Shown here: positions 10,601 to 19,990 of the stretch, piece by piece
Layout: each line of letters begins with the position of its first letter
How positions within the stretch are numbered: the stretch's first letter is position 1
NCBI GenBank assembly: GCA_963575745.1
Contig: CAUYUJ010000214.1
Location: 496,001 to 560,000 of the forward strand
Direction: 5' to 3'
Origin: Prorocentrum cordatum
Lineage: Eukaryota
Length of the DNA: 64,000 nucleotides
Program-made: the position numbers and the translations under genes
Notes under the pieces: model-generated
The model's input: only the letters and a program-made list of their open reading frames with translations
Told to the model about the DNA's origin: nothing
Databases searched by the model: none

Positions 10601-11920
10601 ATGGCGGGCAGCCAAAGCAAGAACGTCGTCGGAGGCGCCTGCTTCAGGCCCACGTCTGCTCTGGTGGTTGCCGCCATCGAGAGCTTATACGCCGACGAGC
10701 TCATACCATTCGGCCGTATCCTCCTGAAGCGCGTGGGCGAGCTTGCGGCCGACATCGCCGCCGAGGACGCCCTGAGCGGCAAGACCACGTACGGCTACGT
10801 CTCCACCGACGTTGGGCACCTCCCCCTCATCGACCCGAAGCATCTGATGCGCGTCTGCAGGCAGTGCCCTCGGCTGCGCGTGGAGTTCGTGGACTCCGGC
10901 GAGTACGTGGCGATGCTCGTGGGGTGCCCGCCCACGTTCGTCGATTCCAGCAGCACCGAGGACCCATACCCCGCCGAGCTCTGGGCCGACCTCGTGGCCT
11001 ACTTCGCCGGGCCCGCCGACGCCCAGCCGCCGCTCCCGGCGGGCCAGTACAACAGCGCCCGGGCGCTCCAGGCGCGCGGCCTGCCGTTCCTCGAGGGCCG
11101 CAGCCTCGGGGAGGTGTGCCACATCCTCGCGCTCGCGATGTCCCAGAGGAAGATCCTGGGCCACTGCAAGGGCCACACCGTCCCCTACGCGCGCTCCGAG
11201 AGCGGGCACAAGGAGTTCTGCGCCTCCGCGGAGCTGCCCGTCGTCACCACGAAGGTGGCCTCCGCCGGGATGCCCTTCGCCTCCTGGGAGCAGGTCCTCC
11301 ACGGCCTCCAGGCGCTGCTCGCCGAGTCGTCCGACAGGGGGGCCTTGGGGATCCCCATGCCGAACGTGAAGCGCCTCTTCCGCTCGAGGCTGGGCCTCGA
11401 GCTCAGCGAGACCGCCCTCGGGCACTCGCGGGTGCAGGACCTGCTGCAGGACGAGCGGCTCCACGGCGTCTGCCAGGTGAGGCGCTGCGGCCCGAACAAC
11501 ATCTGCTACGTCACGGTGCGGCAGCCCGACGACGTCCCTCCGCCGCCCGGCCTCCCAGCGTCGTGCGCTGCGCCGCCGCGTGAGTTGGGGCCGCCCTGTG
11601 CCCAGCCCTCGCCGCTGCGGGCCCACCCCCTGCCGGGGCTGGGGGCGCCGCAGCCGGCGTACATCACGCCCACACTGCTCGAGAGCATCCAGCCCCTGGG
11701 CGCGAAGTGGGCCGGCGGGCCCGGCGGAGTCGTGGACGAGGGGCCGCGCGGCGGGCGGAGCGGGCCCTTCGGCCTGGACCCCGCGTGGGCGAGCAGGCCC
11801 TGCGGGCTGGAGGCCGACCTGACGCCCTGGGACCGCGGCCGCGGCCTCCCGTGCGCGGGGGGCCCGCCGGGCCTGCTCGGCGGCGGCCTCGGCCGCGCGA
11901 GCGCGGCCCACGCGGCGTGA
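10601..11920 (+). CDS. OST-HTH/LOTUS-like domain protein, intronless probable retrogene
   Basis: Uninterrupted ORF (frame open from 10508) with high GC3. Motifs include AIESLYADELIPFGRILLKR, DPYPAELW, SLGEVCHILALAM and IPMPNVKRLFRSRLGLELSETALGHSRVQDLLQD, the last resembling alveolate OST-HTH proteins. The ATG at 10508 lies inside the second SL relic, so 10601 is preferred. Confidence 0.75.
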   Translation: MAGSQSKNVVGGACFRPTSALVVAAIESLYADELIPFGRILLKRVGELAADIAAEDALSGKTTYGYVSTDVGHLPLIDPKHLMRVCRQCPRLRVEFVDSGEYVAMLVGCPPTFVDSSSTEDPYPAELWADLVAYFAGPADAQPPLPAGQYNSARALQARGLPFLEGRSLGEVCHILALAMSQRKILGHCKGHTVPYARSESGHKEFCASAELPVVTTKVASAGMPFASWEQVLHGLQALLAESSDRGALGIPMPNVKRLFRSRLGLELSETALGHSRVQDLLQDERLHGVCQVRRCGPNNICYVTVRQPDDVPPPPGLPASCAAPPRELGPPCAQPSPLRAHPLPGLGAPQPAYITPTLLESIQPLGAKWAGGPGGVVDEGPRGGRSGPFGLDPAWASRPCGLEADLTPWDRGRGLPCAGGPPGLLGGGLGRASAAHAA

Positions 11921-12162
11921 GCGGGCGGCCCGCTGGCTGCGGCCAGCGGCTCCTCGGCGTCCGAGGCGCGGCGGCCGGCGGCGCCCGCCGCACGAGCGGA
12001 CCGTCCGCGGCCGCGGCGCCGGCGAGCCGCGTGGCGCCACCGACCGCGGGGGCCGCGTGCCGCCTCCTGCCGGCCGAGGCCCAGGGCGCCCTGCTTCCGA
12101 GGAGCGGGGGGCGGTCGGCGAGGAGGGGTCCGGGCGCGGGAGGTCGGGGCCTCCGCTGCCTC

Positions 12163-12345
12163 CCCAGAGATCCAACGTATTGAAAAAATCAAGACGGAGG
12201 TTTTTGGCTATTTTCGGCCCTCGGTGGCCTTCGCCGGGCCTCGGGACCGTCAAAAAATGACTCAGGATGAAAAACCGGTCCTGGGGAATGGGTCGGGACT
12301 TCCGGGGACCCCGTATTGAAAAAATCACGACATCGGATCTCTGGG
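12163..12345. mobile_element. 183-bp MITE, family A copy 1
   Basis: TIR CCCAGAGATCC...GGATCTCTGGG; interior homologous to 18484-18666. Confidence 0.75.
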
Positions 12346-12747
12346 TCTCGGCCTTCCCTGGGGGCGGGAGTCGGGGGTGGGCAGAGCCCCCACCCTGACG
12401 CGTCGATGGGTGAATTGTTCGTTTACGGTGCTCGAGAGGGCGCCGCGGCCGTCGTTTTCCATGTTGGCGTCCGGCAGGTTCGGGCCCGAGGTCGTTCTCA
12501 CTAGACCCCGTTTTGCTGAAGGGGGTTCTGTCCATCCCCGAGGGAGTTCCACAGGCGCATCCACCACTGAGGTGCACCGATCTCCCTGAGCCTCGCGAGG
12601 CGGTGCCCCGGGGGCGCCCAGCGGTGTCCACACTCCATGCCCACTGCCTCCCCAGGGGCGCTGGGAAGTCGGCCCCCGCCAGCGGTTGATCCGTTTGCCG
12701 GCCCTGGCTTCGCCATCCGCGTGCAGTGGAGACGATGATGCTCAATG

Positions 12748-12906
12748 TTAAGTCGGGCGTGTCCCTCTGCAGGAGGAATATTCAAGAGTAGCCCCAAACA
12801 TAATCAGGGGACGATTTTTCTGCTATTCTTGACCATCTTGGAATCTGCTCTGAATATTTTTGTTTTTCGTCCAAGATCCGCCTGTAGGAGGACATGCCCG
12901 ACCTAA
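12748..12906. mobile_element. ~160-bp MITE, family B (TTAAGTCGGGC...GCCCGACYTAA)
   Basis: Imperfect ~30-bp TIRs. Other copies at 13645-13804, 52813-52929 and 57422-57583; half copies at ~55554-55583 and ~57810-57852. Confidence 0.75.
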
Positions 12907-13644
12907 GCTTAGTGTGGCCCGGTGGCTGCACCCCCGTGCAGGCGCAGGTTGCGTCTGGGGCAGCCCAGGGGTGGACCTAAACGGTGTTTTGGCGATTTCG
13001 TGGGCCGTTTTCGTTTCGACTTCGTTTTGCGGCAAAGGCGGATGAAAGACAAAACGAGGGAAAACGAAACCAAAACGAAAACGAAGAACACCGTGGAGGT
13101 TCAGCCCTGGGGCAGCCCCGCCCGCAGTGCGCAGCGGCCCCGCGCTCCGCCTGCCACGGGCTCTGGCGGCCGCCGCCGGCGGCTTGGCCGGGGGCTGCTC
13201 GCAGTGGCTCGGATGGAGGGGGGGAGGAGGAGGAGGAGGAGGAGAGGAGGAGGAGGAGGACGGAGGAGGAGGAGGAGGAGGGAGGGAGGAGGAGGGAGGA
13301 GGAGGAGGAGGAGAGACGAGAATGCGGAGGGAGGAGAGGAGGAGGAGGAGGGAGGAGGAGGAGGGGAGGGGAGGAGGTGGAGCAGGAGCAGGAGGAGGAG
13401 AGGAGGAGGAGGAGGAGAGGAGGAGGGAGGAGGAGGAGGAGGAGGAGGAGGAGGAGGAGGAGGAGGAGGAGGAGGAGGTGAAGGTGGGGGCAGGAGTATC
13501 GGTACTCTTCGTTTCGGACCCCCAGCCCGCTGGTGGCGCGGCCGTGTCGGGCGCTTGGCGCTTGGTTGGGTGGGCTTCTTCAAGCGCCGAGCTGGGCACA
13601 AGGCGCCCATGGCGGGCACAGTTCTTCTGCCGGCAGGAGTAGCT

Positions 13645-13804
13645 TTGAGTCGGGCCTGTCCCTCTACAGGGGGAAATTAAAAAATAGTAAAAACAAATAG
13701 TCTGGGTATTATTTTTTGAATATGTTTGGGCATCTTTTGGGAATTTTTTGATTATGATTAATTGTTCGTCCAAACTCCTCCTGTAGGGGACAGGCCCGAC
13801 CTAA
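13645..13804. mobile_element. MITE family B copy
   Basis: TTGAGTCGGGCCTGTCCCTCTACAGG ... CCTGTAGGGGACAGGCCCGACCTAA with an AT-rich interior. Confidence 0.75.
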
Positions 13805-14536
13805 GAGTAGCTGCAAGTCTACCCTCGCACCTCGTCCTGCTGCACGATTTCGTTGCGGTTGCGCCTGGCGTTCGTCTTCGCGCACTCTTGCCCAGTTCCA
13901 GTACAGTATATGGTTCGTGGATGACGCGCATGGCGTCGGCCCAAAACCCAACCTGGCCTCGCTGACACCAAAGTTTTCATACTTCGTGTCCATATGCAAG
14001 CTCATTGATGTGACGACTGCAACAGAATTCTGCATCATAATACAGTGGTCCCCATCACCAGTCCTCATCCGAACACCCGTCCACCACTAGCGACGATTCA
14101 TCGCCTCGGAATATGCTACGTGTTCGTTGTCCCTCTCCATTTCCCGCGTTTCCAAGTTGCCAAGGCGAAGGGGAGTTCAGCAGTGCCGAGCATGGTTGCC
14201 GCGCTCTGCGGCTATTCCGCGAGGTCCTCTGACCCGAGGCACGAACATGAAGTGTCGCATGTACGATTGGGCAGCCACATCGGTTGCTACCCACGCTTTA
14301 CCCTTCCGCCGTTGTGCACAACGTGCCAACTTGCATTAACTTTTAACTTATCTTAGTGCACGTGAGTATCATGACTGATGCACTCTGTGATCGGCTGCCA
14401 GTCTCACACATTGTGTTCCTCCGTTTCGGCTTGTTCTAGTAGCATTGTGGAGTCTCCTTCCAATCAGCTGGGAAGCTGGCAGATTTCATGACCTAGATGT
14501 TGACCGTCAAGGAAGCAACAACACCAACAACGACAA

Positions 14537-14570
<34 letters not shown>

Positions 14571-14609
14571 TACAGCAACAGCAGCAACAGCAGCAACAGC
14601 AACAATCAG

Positions 14610-16194
14610 TTTAAGACTGATCACTCTTATCTGCGCGTGTGCCATTCAATACGTATATCCCAAACCCTCGATACCCGCCCTCTTCGTTTTGGATCGTACC
14701 CCTTCGGGGTACATATATATATATATATATATATACATAGCATGTGTCTTACCTGCAACGTGTATTTCGTGCAGCCCGTAAGGCAGGGGAAGAGAGAACG
14801 GATGGAAGCAAGGGACAAGGGGCAGGCGGGTTGCTGAAGCGTGCGCCTTGCATGAATCGCAAGGAAGCCTTAAGAGATAACGCCATTCTCAAACACATCG
14901 TGTTGAAATCCACAGCGAGAGCGTGATTCCTCAGTGTCGAGGGCGCGGCGTCTGAATAATTTGCGAGGATTTCCCACGCGAGAGCGCGATTCCTGTACAC
15001 ACTGTGAGAAAGTCCTACACGAAAGCAGGATTTGAGAGTACACTGTGGGAAAGTATTCGGCGAGAGTCGCTGTTGTTGTAAACCCGTGGCCAGGGGCACA
15101 GTTTGGTGACACTTCGTTTTCGCTGGTAGAGAACAGGGTGCGAGCCACAGGATAAACACTTTAATTGAACAGCAAAACAATGGTTACTGGACAGGGGGCA
15201 TCAACAATCATTGTTGTTTTGAAATGAGAGTCCAACAACAACACCAACAACACCACCACCACCAACAACATCAACAACAACAACACAAGCAACAACACTA
15301 TCATTTTTAAAGCGTATGCCTTTCTGCTTGTCTTTTATTTTAAGCGTATATCCCAAACCCTCGATACCCGCCCTCTTCGTCTTCGACCGAACCTCTTTTG
15401 GGGTATATATCTGTCTTACCTGCAACGTGTATTTCGTGCAGCCCCTCAGGCAGGGGGAGAGAGGACGGATGGAAGGAAGGGACAAGGGGGAGGGAGGAGG
15501 ATGGAGCACGAAAGAAAGTAGCAGGAGAGGGGCTAGGATCAGAAAGCACGTGGCAGAACCAGACGAGCTAATCTGGCGGATAGACCCCAACGGGCGGGTC
15601 GGGAAAGCGGGCCCGGGCAGCCAGGTCGAGCAGGCAGGTTGCTGAAACGTGCGTCCTGCATGGGTCGGCAGGAAATCCCGAATAGATCCGGTTGGAAATC
15701 CCCAGCGAGAGCGTGATTCCTCAGTGTCGAGGGCGCGGCGTCTGAATAATTTGCGAGGATTCCCCACGCGACAGCGCGATTCCTGTACACACTGTGGGAA
15801 AGTCCCACACGAAAGCGCGATTTGGGGAATCCGTTGTGGAGAAGTGTTCGGCTCGAGCCGCTGTTGTTATCAACCCGAGGCCGAGGGCCCAGTTTTGTGA
15901 CCCCTCGCTTTTACCGAATAGTGCAATGGTTACAGGAAGGGGGATCAACAATAATTTTTCATCAGAAGTGAGAGCTCAACAGCAACAGCAACAATCATGT
16001 TAATATTGTTTGCTCTCACCTGCTCGCGTGCCAGTCAACACGTGTATCCCGAACCCTCGATGCCCGCCCTCTTCGTCTTCGACCGTTTCCGTCTCCCGGT
16101 GAGGGCATTTCTTCCTTACCTGCCACGTACATGTAGCGCAGCCTTTAAAACAGGGGAAGAGAGGACGGATGGGGGAGGGAGGTGTGTGGAGCAC

Positions 16195-16229
<35 letters not shown>

Positions 16230-16700
16230 GGAGAAGCAGGAGGTAGGCTAAGAAAACAACAGCCGTGGCAGAACCAGACGGGTTGATCGGGCGGGTAGAC
16301 CCTACAGTAACGGGAGGGTCGGGAAGGCGGGCCAAGGCGGCCAGGTCGAGCAGGCGGGTTGTTGAAGCGTGCGTTCTGCATGAATCGCGAGGAGAACTCG
16401 AGCGATAGTGCCATCCCCAAATGAATCACGATAAAAGCCATAGCGAGAGCGCGGTTCTTGATAGTCGAAGGCGCGGCGTTTGAATACATTGCGAGGAAGT
16501 CCCACGCGAGAGCGCGATTCTTGTGTACATTCTGATTCCTGCGCGAGAGCGCGATTTGGGAATAACGTGTAAGGAAATATCAAGCGGGAGCCGCTGTTGT
16601 TGTAAACCCAGGGCCAACAACCCAGTTTGGTGACATCCAATTTTTCCTTGTTGCAAAAATGGTGTGAAAGCCTGGGGAGGAACATTTCAATGGAACAAAT
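14610..16700 (+). repeat. Three tandem diverged copies of a ~600-700 bp unit, each preceded by a CAA-rich tract
   Basis: CCCAAACCCTCGATACCCGCCCTCTTCGT at ~14658, ~15352 and ~16048; GAGCGTGATTCCTCAGTGTCGAGGGCGCGGCGTCTGAATAA at ~14920 and ~15710, with a variant at ~16447. Confidence 0.85.
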
Positions 16701-17654
16701 ACAATAGTTACTGGGGAGGTCCTCTTGGGCTGTCTTGGGGCGATCTTGGGCGCCCTTTGGGGCCGTCTAGGAGCGTCGAAAGCCCGAGAAAGTGAGGGCG
16801 GCCACATCTTTCAAACACCTTAGGACAAGTAGTGATGTTGGCACCTCGGGGCCCTCTTGGGAGGCCTCTTGGAGTTCTCCTGGGGCGTCTGAGGGGCCTC
16901 TTCGGCCATCTGTAGGCCAATTTTGGAGCGATCTTTCGACAACTCTGGGCCGTTTTAGACCATGTAGGAGGCGCCCTGGGGGCCTGGCGTTCTGAAAGAA
17001 AAAACAGACGTACAATAATATTCAATTCATTGGGCGCGCGGGGCGTCCAGGGAAATCCGGTAATTTGGGATCTGGGCCCTTCAATATTCAGTCGCCCAGA
17101 AATGAGGACGAATAGTTCCAAGGGGCCTGAGGACACTGCGTCGTTGCATGCACGCATAATTGTTCAAGAGGTTTGCGCCATTCCGCCGACCTCCTTGAGG
17201 ACTCCTCGGGCAGAGACTTTCACGGGGCCGTCCTTGGGCTTTCTTGGGCACGCTGTGGGTCTCGGTGCCGGAGAGTCCCCAGTTGGCATCGCGTTTTTTG
17301 GTGATCTCGCAGCAAGTCTCCTGCTGGGTGAGGCATCCAGGCCTGTTGGGAGAGGCCTGTACGTAGGCGTCTCGCAGCAGGCTGCGCGTGTCAGTCCGAG
17401 TTCGGGCGGACCCCCGTCGCAGAACGGCCATCGAAAGCAGAAGACCCGGAAGACGTCCGAGGTGGAGTTGGGTCTCCAGGGCCCGCTCCTATCATAGTGC
17501 CGGCGCCAAGTGAGGCGCGGCTCTGCGGAAGCTCGGGGCCGAGCTCTCGGACAGCTGCTGTGGGCACCCCTTTCCGCTAGTGAGAGGTCCCCTCTGGGAG
17601 CTCCTCGGGCTGGGCGGCCGTGAAGTCGTGGTGCCGCGGGTGCAAGTTTTCACC

Positions 17655-17814
17655 ACCCACCAAACCACCCCAACCCAACCCGAAGGCTCAGATTTACCCT
17701 CAATTTTCCAGTGGGGGGGGGGGGTCGGGAAACATCGAAAAAACACCTGTGGAACCTTCCCCCCCCCAACCCGAAATTCGGATCCTCGGGTTGGGCCGGG
17801 GTGGTCTGGTGGGT
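17655..17814. mobile_element. ~160-bp MITE, family C
   Basis: ACCCACCAAACCACCCCAACCCAACCCGAAG ... CTCGGGTTGGGCCGGGGTGGTCTGGTGGGT. Copies at 54084-54245 and partially at ~58614-58700. Confidence 0.75.
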
Positions 17815-17885
17815 AGTCAAGTTCTGCCCGGCCGGCGCAAGCCGCTTGCCGAGCGAGCTCGGCGGCGTGGGGCCCCCCTTCCCCT

Positions 17886-18082
17886 GATGGTCCGCTACCG
17901 AAAATTTCCGGTAGCGCTCCGCAGAGATCGGTCGCTACCGAAATACCGAAATGTAGCGCCCCATACCGGTATCAGACCGTTCTGAAATCCGCTATTCCAA
18001 CGCCCTCAAACGAAGATCCGGTCGCTACCGAAATTCGGGGTGCGTCGAAATCGCTACCGAAGATTTCCGGTACCAGACCATC
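17886..18082. mobile_element. MITE-like element with ~31-bp TIRs and internal CGCTACCGAA repeats
   Basis: GATGGTCCGCTACCGAAAATTTCCGGTAGCG ... CGCTACCGAAGATTTCCGGTACCAGACCATC. Confidence 0.65.
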
Positions 18083-18483
18083 TGGGCAGGGCCAGGGCCG
18101 GAGCGGGGGCCAGGGCCGGGGCGGGGGGGAAAGCGTGCCCGGGTGGCGACCCTCCCCGGGGCCGCCCCGAGACGTCCCCCTCCTCCTCCTTCCTCCTCCT
18201 CCTCCTCCTTCCTCCTCCTCCTCCTCCTCCTCCTCCTCCTCCTCCTCCTCCTCCCTCCTCCTCCTCCTCCTCCTCCTCCTCCTCCTCCTCCTCCTCCTCC
18301 TCCTCCCCCTCCTCCCCTCCGCGGGGGCGCGGCCGTCCCCGCGGCGCTCGAGAGGCCCCTGCGAAAGCGTGGCGCCCCTGGCCCGGTGGCCCCGTCGGGC
18401 CCTGTCTCAAAGTCGGGCAGATGCCGGCCGGCCGACACGGGCCCCCTCCCCCTGTCAAGTTTAAAGCAGGGCTAGGATCGGGA

Positions 18484-18666
18484 CCCAGACATGACGCGTC
18501 GTAAAAGATTCAGGACGGAGGTTTTTCATGATTTTCGGCCTCCAGAGGCCCTCGCCGGGCCTCGGGACCGTCAAAAAACGACTCAGGACGAAAAACCGGC
18601 CCCGGGGAAAGGGTCTGGACTTCCAGGGACGCCGTCCTGAAAAAATCAGGACGTCGCATGTCTGGG
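18484..18666. mobile_element. 183-bp MITE, family A copy 2
   Basis: TIR CCCAGACATG...CATGTCTGGG; interior homologous to 12163-12345. Confidence 0.75.
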
Positions 18667-19020
18667 GATAGATCGCTCCAGAGCGTTCCGGAGCGCTCTC
18701 AGAGCGTTCCGGAACGCTCTCAGAGCGGCCGCGGCGCCCAAGACATCCTCCGAACCCGCCGACTCTCAGGGATTTCGAGTTTTCCCGATCCGATTTTGTC
18801 CCGATCTTCGCGTCGTTTTAAAGTTGCAAGCGGCGTCGGAGCGGCAGACGATTCTGGGAGGCCCCACGGGGACGGGGAGAGGGGGGAGGAGCATAGCAAA
18901 GTAGTTATGTCACGCGCCTTCTCAGCCCCAGCAAGCAGCGGTCGGCGTGCGGATTGAGATGTCCAGCCTTGCAGAGTAGAAACGTGTATACACAAATGTG
19001 TTTGTATAACGCTGTATGAA

Positions 19021-19054
<34 letters not shown>

Positions 19055-19838
19055 TATAAATATAAATATAAATATAGATATATGTGTCCCTGCCTCTCTC
19101 CTCAGTCTGTCTATCTTTCGCTTGCTCGCTCGCACAGGGCAGCTGCAACGACTCGGGAGCCCAGATTCAGGACGACTTGCACGGTTCTTTGAGCAAGAGG
19201 AAGGGTGATGAGGAGGAATTGGGGGAGAAGGAAGAGGAGGACAGGAATTGGCAGGGAGGAAGGGAGGATGAGTGGAGGAAAGAAGGAGGAGAAGGAGAGA
19301 TGAGGAGGACGAGGACGAGGAGGAGGAGGTAGGATATGGAAGAATTGGGTGAGGAGGACGACGGCAGATGAGGACGAGTAGTAGTAGGATGAGGGGGATG
19401 AGAGGAAGAGGAGGAGGTGATTTTATAATAGCGAGTAAGAGGAGGCGGAGGACGTGGAAGAGTATTTGGAGGGGGAGCAAGAAGGATGAAGGAGGGAGAG
19501 GGGACAGAAACAACGAAATGAGGATGGTGAGGAGACAGACGAGGTTCCAGGACGAACCTCGTCGGGACACTCTGTGTTTCACCTGAGCTCGATGAGGTTA
19601 ACGGGTCCTTGCTTTCTGCGTGTAAGTTCGATGTCTTCCTTCGCCAAGGGCCACCGCAATTGCGGTGGCGACCGGATCCAAGGAACCTTCGATTTCGTCG
19701 CAGACGTCTTGGGTAATTGGCCGGGGCTTCAAGCAGTTCAGTGGTTGGCTCGCGTTTGAAGGAATCGGTCGCGTCTCCGGGTTTTCGCGTGGTTGCCGGC
19801 AGTGGCCGCCCCGAGGGTGTTCTGGATTCGGGCAGCGG

Positions 19839-19990
19839 AATCTATACATATCCGCTGCTCCCTGGCCAGGCCCATCCTGAACCCAGGAGCTGTGTACACG
19901 CCCTCCTGGCCAAGCCAGGAGGTCGTGGCGTATACACCGCTGCTGAGTTCAGGATGGGCCTGGCCAGGGAGCAGTGGATATGTATAGATT
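19839..19990. repeat. Near-perfect ~150-bp hairpin/palindrome
   Basis: AATCTATACATATCCGCTGCTCCCTGGCCAGGCCCATCCTGAAC... pairs with ...GTTCAGGATGGGCCTGGCCAGGGAGCAGTGGATATGTATAGATT; apical CTCCTGGC-CAA-GCCAGGAG. Confidence 0.9.

Noticed and set aside
10685..12745. 686-aa minus-strand ORF
   Set aside because: Antisense shadow of the GC3-rich OST-HTH-like gene, running on through a MITE.
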